Shown here in pieces: positions 56,529 through 64,000 of a stretch of 64,000 bases of DNA. The notes under the pieces are model-generated. The model was given only the letters and a program-made list of their open reading frames with translations. It was not told the origin of the DNA and did no database searches. Source of the DNA: an uncultured virus (IMG/VR IMGVR_UViG_3300032668_000011). Lineage: Duplodnaviria; Heunggongvirae; Uroviricota; Caudoviricetes. Numbering within the stretch: the stretch's first letter is position 1; each line of letters begins with the position of its first letter. The DNA is taken from the IMG/VR virus record IMGVR_UViG_3300032668_000011, positions 1 to 64,000 of that record; one strand, 5' to 3'. The translations under genes were made by a program, and so were the position numbers.

Positions 56529-57883
56529 GTAGCTTCAATGTACCTCACTCCTGCCTCAATGACCTTCGGATCAACATCAGCAGCCGAGCGGAGACGCATG
56601 TACACCGGAAAGCGCATCTTGCCGTCCTTGCTCAGACCGTCAGCAGTGAGCGGATCAGGTTGCGCCTTACACTCCACGATCTTGCCGATCCATGCATCTG
56701 GAGTATCGAGTTGGATCTGAGCACGTTCTGCGTCATTGAACCCGCCTCCGCACCGGGTGACGATGCCGTTTGGAAGCACTACGTAGAAACCTCCCCACAG
56801 TCCTTCACGCTTGCTACCGCGGTGTCCCTCATAGTGACCCACGATGACGCCTTCGTACGTGACGAAAGGCTTCAGTTTGAGGATATTCTCGCTGCGCTTG
56901 AAGACGTACGGCGTATTGAGGGTCTTCAGCATGACGCCTTCGAAACCTTCGTCCATGCACTTCGCGAAGTACGCCTTGAGCTCGAGCTCATTCTTCGCCA
57001 TGATGTGCGGGACCTGCCGCACAGGAGATCCTTCAGGAAGAGCGTCCATGATGACGCCGACGTTCGCAGCTCGGAGACGATACTGTTCGTCGTCCTCCTG
57101 CGATTCCCAACTCTTGATGCTCACACAGTCGAAGACGTTGTAGATGAGGTTACTGTCATCTTTCTTCGTCTTTGACGACATCAGGACGCTGGCACTCTCG
57201 TTCCAATCAGCAGCCATGGCCTCGCCATCGAGTACGCTGTTATCGAACGGTGCAGCCTCGAGCACAGCCTTGATGCGCGGGAGCGTATCGAGCACCGTGC
57301 CGTTGCGGGTGTAGAAGGTGACCACACCCTGCTTCTTCACTGCGATGCAGCGCAGGCCATCGAGCTTCGGCTCGACACGGACCGGGTAGCTCACGGGCTC
57401 GAGGATCTTGATGCCTTCGCCTTTGACGAACTCGCTCTTGAGGGTGCATGCGAGCGCGACAGCAAAGCTCTTGACGATGCCTGGCCACACCTTGTTGATG
57501 CTCGACTCCTGCACGCCACAACGCAGGTTCTTCAGGAGGATGCGTAGGCACCACTTCTGGAGCGTCTCATTGGGCATTGACCTGAAGCGACTCTCCACCA
57601 GAGCCTTCGCTGCATTTCCCGTCACCTTCCGTGTGGACAGCTGCGTCTGTAGCGTATCAAGAAAATCCTCAAGAAATTCATCATCACTGATCTCATGTGA
57701 GAGCACGCCCGGCTTGGGCATCTTGAACTTGTTGACGTAGTACACCGTGTAGGGATCCTGCGCCGCCACGAACACACGCTTCAGGAGCTCGTTTTTTCGA
57801 TGAAGCTCCAGGATGTCGCGCTTCGCATTGCTTCCAGCAGTCGCCTCAAGCTCTTCGAGAATGTCAATGACCGTGTCGCTCAT
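56525..57883 (-). CDS. lig: ATP-dependent DNA ligase
   Basis: EPKLDGLR, LDGE, FD, EGVMLK, KLK, RFPVY. Confidence 0.92.
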   Translation of the reverse strand: MSDTVIDILEELEATAGSNAKRDILELHRKNELLKRVFVAAQDPYTVYYVNKFKMPKPGVLSHEISDDEFLEDFLDTLQTQLSTRKVTGNAAKALVESRFRSMPNETLQKWCLRILLKNLRCGVQESSINKVWPGIVKSFAVALACTLKSEFVKGEGIKILEPVSYPVRVEPKLDGLRCIAVKKQGVVTFYTRNGTVLDTLPRIKAVLEAAPFDNSVLDGEAMAADWNESASVLMSSKTKKDDSNLIYNVFDCVSIKSWESQEDDEQYRLRAANVGVIMDALPEGSPVRQVPHIMAKNELELKAYFAKCMDEGFEGVMLKTLNTPYVFKRSENILKLKPFVTYEGVIVGHYEGHRGSKREGLWGGFYVVLPNGIVTRCGGGFNDAERAQIQLDTPDAWIGKIVECKAQPDPLTADGLSKDGKMRFPVYMRLRSAADVDPKVIEAGVRYIEAT

Positions 57884-58122
57884 GGGTCCACCTTACCACA
57901 GCCGCCCGCGGGTTGCACAAGTGCCCGGGCAAGAAGACTTGCTTCGATGCTTGTCATGACAGTGCGAATCGCTTCGCCGTCGTCATTTATCTGAACGATC
58001 TCAATCTCTCCCGAACGTCGATCGCGATAGACGTAGATCGTTGATCGATCGTCAGCATCGTCATGCTCAAAGATCTGATCGCAGGAGTCCCTATACGTGT
58101 CGAGGTTGATGATGTCTCCCAT
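57880..58122 (-). CDS. Hypothetical protein
   Basis: AGGAG SD. Confidence 0.6.
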   Translation of the reverse strand: MGDIINLDTYRDSCDQIFEHDDADDRSTIYVYRDRRSGEIEIVQINDDGEAIRTVMTSIEASLLARALVQPAGGCGKVDP

Positions 58123-58131
58123 TTCGATCTC

Positions 58132-58566
58132 CTACAGAAGCTTCAACACGTTTAGATCGTGGACTATGCAGCGACCGACGGGCGTGATGAACGTGTGCTT
58201 GACAACACGTACCTCATGAGGAACACCCGAGATTACCTTGCGTTCAGAGACCCTTACCGGTCCTGAATACATCAGTAGCGATCCTTTCGGAACAGGCGCC
58301 TTTCCATCATCACCATGATATTTTTCGAGCGGAGCGAACGGATACACACCACGCTCAGTCGAAATCTTCATGTCAAACTTTGCCATCACTGGGTGACCGG
58401 TGACAAGCGCTGAGGCGATCTCGTTGTTCTTCAACGAGACGGGTGCTTTGTAGGGTGCCGGGATCGCTCGCTTGGACGAAATCGGTCCTGTTTGCGGATC
58501 CTTCCACTCGATCGTAGTGTCCACCGCAATCTTGATGGGCTTTTTATTGTTGGTGTAGTGCCGCAT
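58132..58566 (-). CDS. Hypothetical protein
   Basis: Leaderless promoter upstream. Confidence 0.6.
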   Translation of the reverse strand: MRHYTNNKKPIKIAVDTTIEWKDPQTGPISSKRAIPAPYKAPVSLKNNEIASALVTGHPVMAKFDMKISTERGVYPFAPLEKYHGDDGKAPVPKGSLLMYSGPVRVSERKVISGVPHEVRVVKHTFITPVGRCIVHDLNVLKLL

Positions 58567-58599
58567 AGAACAATACTACCACCCGTGGAGTGTACTTTA

Positions 58600-58785
58600 C
58601 ACAGTACGACAATGGGCCCGTGTCTCCGACGTTTGCTGTCGTATGACCGGGCCCTACGTTACTTGCGATAGGCAGTTCTCGCGTTCACATTCTCTTATCA
58701 AGTGACCCGCATGCGTGTGTTACACGCTGCCCGGGCGCTTACTTGTGGGGGCCAAAGCACACTCCCCCAACGTTAGAACACTGTG
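58600..58785 (-). ncRNA. Candidate multi-stem ncRNA
   Basis: Closing CACAGT/ACTGTG plus at least four internal helices in a 230-bp intergenic gap. Confidence 0.5.
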
Positions 58786-58797
58786 TTTTTTCTCATG

Positions 58798-59238
58798 TCA
58801 TGCACTTGTTCCTTTCGCCATGCGTTCACGATCAGGGTTCTCAAATCTCTCTAGCAGAGGCACGATGTACTTTTCCCACATCATGTCACATACCATGTCC
58901 TTGCGTGCTGTCTTCTCGTCCCTAGATGGAGTCGTCTTTCCTACACCAAGCCTGTGCGTCAAACCGATCGATGCAGTTTCACTTGCGGATGTCCCCGACT
59001 GCTTCAGGACCTCATTTACCTTCGCTCGAGCTGCCTTGCGCCAAAGCTTGCGAAACTTGCGCTTGAGCGCGCGGGCTTCCTCGCGTGATAGCTGTGATAG
59101 CGCTCGACGCATGTCAAGATGAGAATTTTCCATGGGAAGGATACCGGACTCGAACATCACCGCGTTGATGAACGCACGGTCAACGTCCCTGAGTTCGCTA
59201 AGCCTCGTGCGTTTTTGCTTCTTTGTTGTCCACGCCAT
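58798..59238 (-). CDS. Basic hypothetical protein
   Basis: 146-aa ORF. Confidence 0.6.
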   Translation of the reverse strand: MAWTTKKQKRTRLSELRDVDRAFINAVMFESGILPMENSHLDMRRALSQLSREEARALKRKFRKLWRKAARAKVNEVLKQSGTSASETASIGLTHRLGVGKTTPSRDEKTARKDMVCDMMWEKYIVPLLERFENPDRERMAKGTSA

Positions 59239-59773
59239 GTCCGTACCCGTCGACTTTCAATGCAGCTTTCAAGTGGGTCTTTATGCAGTCTGCTTTCGTA
59301 CGATTGTATCTCTCCACGCTAAGATCTACATTCAAGCGTTCTGCAAGTTTGAGCCCACGTGCCCACGCTTCGAATTCTTCGTCTATGATGTCAACCTGAT
59401 GAACGAACGTGCGCGTGACATCAATGTCACTCGAGCGGTAACCGTTGCCAAACCTGTCAGTCGAATCTCGCTCCTTCGTCTCAACGAGATGGTGCCCGCA
59501 TTCGTGCAAAAGCGTGTGAAGTTGCTTCTCGGGACCTAGATGACAGCTAATCTTGATACGTTTTTCATCATGAATGTAAACACCCCCGTTGGGGGTCTTC
59601 ACAAACTCAACCATCACGCCACGAGTTTTGCACCACTCGATGATGACTCCCAACCCCTCGATCGAAGGAATGTCGATCATGTACGTTGTTGACCGTCGTC
59701 CCGTTGCTACGACCTTCTGGAGTCGTTGGTACGCACGTGTCCTCCAGAGGTCCGGGTCGAAGCTTCTCGGCAC
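59198..59773 (-). CDS. ImmA/IrrE-like metallopeptidase
   Basis: TLLHECGH..EEFEAW. Confidence 0.75.
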   Translation of the reverse strand: MPRSFDPDLWRTRAYQRLQKVVATGRRSTTYMIDIPSIEGLGVIIEWCKTRGVMVEFVKTPNGGVYIHDEKRIKISCHLGPEKQLHTLLHECGHHLVETKERDSTDRFGNGYRSSDIDVTRTFVHQVDIIDEEFEAWARGLKLAERLNVDLSVERYNRTKADCIKTHLKAALKVDGYGHGVDNKEAKTHEA

Positions 59774-59816
59774 GATCTAAGTACCGTTGACATCGACCCG
59801 GACGCCTCTCGTTACC

Positions 59817-61052
59817 TCACTTTGCCGCCTTCGGCGGGCTGAAGACGCCTGGAACGTTCGGGATGACGCCCACGCCTTGCTCGCCCATCGGGACACCGAA
59901 CACTCCCAGGACCGTCGAAGCGCAGTACTTGTGAATGCTCTTCGCGAGGTCGACCTTGTCGATTCCGGACGCAGTGAGCTTGCTCCAGAGCGAGATTTTC
60001 AGCTCGTCAGGAAGATCCTTGATGAGCTGCGAGATGTTGTTTCCCTGCTGTTCAGTGAGCTTATTGACGCTGCCACCGGTGACGTAGTCAGCAACCTTTT
60101 CAACAATCTCGTTGAGCTGACCTTGCTTGCGACGACCAACCTTCGTCTTCACCTTGGGATCCTGCATGTACTTGTTGACGATTTCCTCGCCTGTGACTCG
60201 ATTGTCGATGCTCTTTGCGTACGCCCTGAATGCGATCGACGCCTCGACGCCGAGGAATCCCAGGCAGATGTGATAGAAGAGCTCGTTCTCCGGCTTCTCC
60301 AGGACGTCAGCGTACACGAGTGCATTGTGCGTCATGACCCACGAGCGAGGACTCGTTGTGACCTCACCCGGATCGACCTCCTTGGGAGGATACAGCCATG
60401 ATCCTCCCTTCGGACGCTTTGTCGCGGCGATGAAGTCCGGGAACAGCGGGTCGAGATTGCCTCCCTGTTCCGGAGTCTTGTCACGTGCCCACTCGCACCA
60501 CTCTTCCTCATCCGGCTCGAGATCAATGACGAAGAAGCGGTCGAGCAGCGCCGGATCCATCTCATTGACCGTATAGATCGAACCTGTGTTGATCGCGCTG
60601 TACACCCGGCTTTCGGGGTGCAGCTTCCACCCATTGAGCTCACGATCAAGGACGATCTGGAACGCTGCCTGCATGACCTCAGGCGTAGCGCGGTTCAACT
60701 CGTCTAGGAAGAGTGCAGTCGGTTCTCTGCACGCTGCCTTGTACCAGTCGGGAGGATTGAAGCGAGTGCACTCACCATCAGTGCTCGGAAGACCTACCAT
60801 GTCGCCTTCAGACATCTGGCTGAGGCGCCTGTCGGTGACCTTGAAGAAGTCCTTCAGGTCTTTGTACTTCGACATGTCTACGATCTTTACCGTCGCATCG
60901 CAGTGCTTCTTGCGAAGCAACGAAACTACCTGCCTGATCACTTGCGACTTTCCGATGCCGTGCGGCGAGCGGAGCAGAACTGACGTGCAAGGAGGAAGCG
61001 CGATAGCGACCTTCTTGAACGTCTTGATGGACATTGACGTCTTCGTACCCAT
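59817..61052 (-). CDS. MoxR-family AAA+ ATPase
   Basis: SPHGIGKS Walker A, LFLDELNRA, MDPALLDRF, SPRSW. Confidence 0.9.
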   Translation of the reverse strand: MGTKTSMSIKTFKKVAIALPPCTSVLLRSPHGIGKSQVIRQVVSLLRKKHCDATVKIVDMSKYKDLKDFFKVTDRRLSQMSEGDMVGLPSTDGECTRFNPPDWYKAACREPTALFLDELNRATPEVMQAAFQIVLDRELNGWKLHPESRVYSAINTGSIYTVNEMDPALLDRFFVIDLEPDEEEWCEWARDKTPEQGGNLDPLFPDFIAATKRPKGGSWLYPPKEVDPGEVTTSPRSWVMTHNALVYADVLEKPENELFYHICLGFLGVEASIAFRAYAKSIDNRVTGEEIVNKYMQDPKVKTKVGRRKQGQLNEIVEKVADYVTGGSVNKLTEQQGNNISQLIKDLPDELKISLWSKLTASGIDKVDLAKSIHKYCASTVLGVFGVPMGEQGVGVIPNVPGVFSPPKAAK

Positions 61053-61167
61053 TCGTCGTTCTCCTGGTTGATGGAGCTACCGTACCACGATGGAGCGCAA
61101 ACTTACACTCGCATGACCGTGCAACATGGTTCAGTGTACCACTGCGTCACGCAGCTATACACTTTTG

Positions 61168-61563
61168 TCAAATGAGGCGCATACGCACACGAGCAGCGAT
61201 CGTAGGAAGTTCATCCGCTAGCTCTTCGTATACTTTCCACTTACCTTTGAGGATCCTGTGGCATGTGTAGTACGACAGGCGTCCAATCGATTCAATGACC
61301 TCACGATCGCGTTCAATGCTAGCCGGCGCAATTGCATCGATCCACAACACCCAATCACCGATTCGTTGGAATGCCGTGAAGTCACCTGCTTTGCGAGCGT
61401 CGGCGTATGCAATTACAATCGAACGGTTCACAAAGACATCTTCGTCCGTTGGGTGACTCAGCGTCTTCAACACACTCGTGACGTACGCGACTGTTTCAGG
61501 TTCGTAGTTCAATCCTGTGAGCCTGTCGGCAAACCACGTATCCAAACTCTTGATGATGTCCAT
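61168..61563 (-). CDS. Conserved hypothetical helical protein
   Basis: QRIGDWVLW..GRLSYY..YEELA pattern. Confidence 0.6.
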   Translation of the reverse strand: MDIIKSLDTWFADRLTGLNYEPETVAYVTSVLKTLSHPTDEDVFVNRSIVIAYADARKAGDFTAFQRIGDWVLWIDAIAPASIERDREVIESIGRLSYYTCHRILKGKWKVYEELADELPTIAARVRMRLI

Positions 61564-61605
61564 CATGGTTGCGTAACGGAGGCTGCCTCCTGGCTGTGAT
61601 CCTAC

Positions 61606-62064
61606 TCAATCGTCTTGTGTACCGCTCTTTTTATGTTCAGTGGTGGATACCACCTTCGTTGCACGAGCCTTTTTTGATGTGGCAACCGTGGGCCCGTCAA
61701 TTGCCGTCAGGAACGGCACTGTGGATGTGAAAGAGACGCCTGGTTGTGACACCGGCGCGTCGGGGTCGATCGGCGTGCCTGTTGGTTCATCGATGACAGG
61801 AGGCGCTTCAAGAACGACCACGCCTTCCCGTGCGCTGTTCACCTTTGCTGCTGCTGGAAAGGCATGAACGAACTCTTCTGCAGTAGGAGCGACCACACCC
61901 ATACGATCGCACCATTGTTGCAGACCACCGTGGGTTGTCACGCCCAGTTCAGTGACAAATTTTGCAAGCGTCGTCTTCCGACGTCTGAGAAGATGTGCCA
62001 ATGTCAACTTGGGCTGGTTCTTCAAGACTACCCGACCGGGCGTGCCACGTCCTTCTCTGGCCAT
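61606..62064 (-). CDS. Hypothetical protein
   Basis: Likely start MAREG just after the upstream stop. Confidence 0.6.
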   Translation of the reverse strand: MAREGRGTPGRVVLKNQPKLTLAHLLRRRKTTLAKFVTELGVTTHGGLQQWCDRMGVVAPTAEEFVHAFPAAAKVNSAREGVVVLEAPPVIDEPTGTPIDPDAPVSQPGVSFTSTVPFLTAIDGPTVATSKKARATKVVSTTEHKKSGTQDD

Positions 62065-62068
62065 TGTC

Positions 62069-62377
62069 TTATCTATTCTTCCTACGCCGACGTTGCGCTT
62101 CGATGATCTGAAGAAGATCGGCCACTCCGTGTTGGAAGCCCGGATCTTTTGCGATCTCGTAGACTTTCTTTTCGTCGAAGTCAACGTCCATGTCGTCAGT
62201 GAATGCCTTCACGAACTTCTGCATGACGCGCAGGACGTAGTTACGCGCTGACGAGTGGTTCATGCTGAACCCAAGCTCTGTCATCGTGTCAGCGATCTCG
62301 CGGTAGTTGATGCCGTCGTCCTCTGTGACAGTTACGTATCCTCTGTTTACGTGTGAACCCTTGCGCAGTGTCATCAT
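62069..62377 (-). CDS. Sigma region-4-like HTH protein
   Basis: GINYREIADTM..G..MNHSSARNYVLRVMQKF; GAGG SD. Confidence 0.6.
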   Translation of the reverse strand: MMTLRKGSHVNRGYVTVTEDDGINYREIADTMTELGFSMNHSSARNYVLRVMQKFVKAFTDDMDVDFDEKKVYEIAKDPGFQHGVADLLQIIEAQRRRRKNR

Positions 62378-62389
62378 AACCTCTTTCGT

Positions 62390-62821
62390 TCACTTCTCAG
62401 GCGTTGACTTCGATGATTGTTGTGCGACGGGCGTAGCCACAGGCTGACGCTCGTGACGACTTTCCTTGATGAATTGGACCCTATTGTTGGGAGGAACAGG
62501 CGCGGAACATGCGTCTCCGACCGGCGCCTTACGTTGAGGTGGAGGTGGAGTGTCATCAGCATCGACGAAAATGCGCCTGCTAATCTGCGGTGCGAACATC
62601 GATGTTGCTTGCGTCAGTTCGCGCGTAAGCTTCTGAGCGTTTCCTTCACCTGCGTCAGCCACGATCTCTGACTGCTTAGCATACTGACTGTGCAATTGAG
62701 ACTGTTGCACTGCAGGCGCAAGCGGCCTGCGAGCTGTCATGATCAGGCGGATTGATGTCGCAGTTGACAGCATCGCTAAGCTGCCAGCTGCGACATACGT
62801 GAAGAAATCCGATGGGATCAT
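62390..62821 (-). CDS. Membrane-anchored hypothetical protein
   Basis: N-terminal hydrophobic helix; ATGA-coupled to sigma. Confidence 0.55.
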   Translation of the reverse strand: MIPSDFFTYVAAGSLAMLSTATSIRLIMTARRPLAPAVQQSQLHSQYAKQSEIVADAGEGNAQKLTRELTQATSMFAPQISRRIFVDADDTPPPPQRKAPVGDACSAPVPPNNRVQFIKESRHERQPVATPVAQQSSKSTPEK

Positions 62822-63663
62822 GTGAGCCCGGTGCCAGCCTCGAGGACCATGCGGGCTTCCTCCTCAGTGATCGGATACTCCGCTGAGTTCGTTGCGTCCT
62901 CTACGAGACCGAAACGAAGACGAAGGATCGCCGCTTCTTTCTGTGAGAGACCATTGAGCACCTGCTGCGTGATCTCCAGCAGTTGCTTCTCTGCAACGTT
63001 CGTGAAGGGATCGCAACCGGGACGTTCGTCCTCAACCTTATCCTCAATGGTGTCGCCGTCACCGCTCGAGGAGAGCGGTTGCTGCAGAGAGATCGTCCCG
63101 CGGCCAGAGTGCATCGTAGCCTTGACGACTGTCTCGCTTGCACCGACGATGCCCTGGAGTTCTTCCTGCGTGGGCTCACAACCCATTGTCTCGCGAAATT
63201 CCTCCGCTGCCTGCAACATCTTACGTTGCACTGCTGCTGCATGTGCCGGGAGACGAATGATGCGCTTTCGCTTCAGGATCGCCTGACCGATCGCCTGCTT
63301 GATCCACCACGTTGCGTATGTGGAGAACCTGAAGCCTTTCTCCCACTTGAAGCGGTCGATCGACTTCATGAGGCCGATGTTGCCCTCCTGGATGATGTCC
63401 TCGATTGGGATGTTGTGTCCCTTGTACTGCTTCGCGATCGAGACGACGAGACGGAGGTTGCACTCCGTCAACTTCGCTCGGATCTTCTTGGCTTCCGAAG
63501 TACGATCGATGACTTCGTTCTCCGCGTCACGAGTGCAGCCCGCATCGTACTTCTTGAAGAGCTCTACCACCTCAGGGTGCTTGAGCTGTGGGAAGTTGTG
63601 AAGTGCGTCAAGGTACGACCTGACGATGTTGTGTTCTGTGTTATCTGCGCGCATCAGCTCCAC
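62818..63663 (-). CDS. Sigma70-family sigma factor lacking region 4.2
   Basis: NLRLVVSIAK, QEGNIGLM, GFRFSTYATWWIKQAI, region 3, ILRLRFGL then early stop. Confidence 0.9.
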   Translation of the reverse strand: MELMRADNTEHNIVRSYLDALHNFPQLKHPEVVELFKKYDAGCTRDAENEVIDRTSEAKKIRAKLTECNLRLVVSIAKQYKGHNIPIEDIIQEGNIGLMKSIDRFKWEKGFRFSTYATWWIKQAIGQAILKRKRIIRLPAHAAAVQRKMLQAAEEFRETMGCEPTQEELQGIVGASETVVKATMHSGRGTISLQQPLSSSGDGDTIEDKVEDERPGCDPFTNVAEKQLLEITQQVLNGLSQKEAAILRLRFGLVEDATNSAEYPITEEEARMVLEAGTGLT

Positions 63664-63977
63664 CTTGTGGGTCGTCCACCCGTTGCGGCGTACACGAACG
63701 CCATGTTGTCGAAGTCACCGGCGGGCAGGTGCCGCTCGTCGGACTCGAATTCTACGCCCGCAGTCCGGACGAACTCTGCATGCGTCTCGCGCCTGACTCG
63801 CCTGACCTGCTGTTCACGTCTGACGTAGGCAATCTCCTCCTGCCACACTCGAGGATCAGATCGACCGTTCGTTTCTGCACGGTCGAGCCCCTGCTCGAGG
63901 GCTCGCAGGTGGTCAATCATGTCCTCATCCGACATCGTCGCTAGCACATCGATGCTCACGACCTCAGGCGTGTTCAC
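63654..63977 (-). CDS. Hypothetical protein
   Basis: ORF overlapping the sigma start; 5' end near the window edge. Confidence 0.55.
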   Translation of the reverse strand: MNTPEVVSIDVLATMSDEDMIDHLRALEQGLDRAETNGRSDPRVWQEEIAYVRREQQVRRVRRETHAEFVRTAGVEFESDERHLPAGDFDNMAFVYAATGGRPTRWS

Positions 63978-64000
63978 CGCGCTGTACGTGCGCTGCGTTG

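Noticed and set aside
62983..63828. Long antisense ORFs (also 56510..57175, 59787..60401, 29334..29906 and ORFs spanning tRNAs)
   Set aside because: Shadow frames of real genes or tRNAs with no motifs or start signals
1..64000. CRISPR array or cas genes
   Set aside because: No regularly spaced identical repeats; the recurring GGATTCGAACC strings are tRNA T-arms
1..64000. Stop-codon recoding
   Set aside because: Long ORFs are intact in the standard code, TAA/TAG/TGA all terminate tightly packed genes, and there is no canonical suppressor tRNA

Overview
This window looks like a fragment of a large (jumbo-type) myovirus-like phage genome in the standard genetic code. Bases 1-31.9 kb on the + strand form a virion module: a gp5-like spike, gp25- and gp6/J-like baseplate proteins, a LamG wedge, repeat-rich tail fibres and three tandem paralogous fibre/receptor-binding proteins. 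Bases 32-64 kb are mostly on the - strand. They contain a ~14 kb translation island with 33 recognisable tRNAs, several tRNA-like or pseudo elements and a complete type-A RNase P RNA. The island also carries HNH and PD-(D/E)XK endonucleases, two RNA ligases, a HAD phosphatase, a degenerate Pth2, NADAR, SLOG and GNAT proteins, and several unexplained structured RNA spacers. Beyond it lie a vWA-peptidase/MoxR pair, a third RNA ligase, an L7/L12-like protein, endonuclease VII, an FGE-domain protein, DNA ligase and a sigma70. The most notable observations: (i) the sigma70 lacks region 4.2, and a separate sigma4-like HTH gene lies two genes downstream (candidate split sigma); (ii) two recurring promoter classes drive apparently leaderless genes; (iii) tRNA features are systematically non-canonical (C33 in all Thr tRNAs, all six Arg anticodons, V-arm Gly); (iv) there are several ~90-200 nt candidate ncRNAs. 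All calls come from manual reading and motif recognition; no database searches were run.
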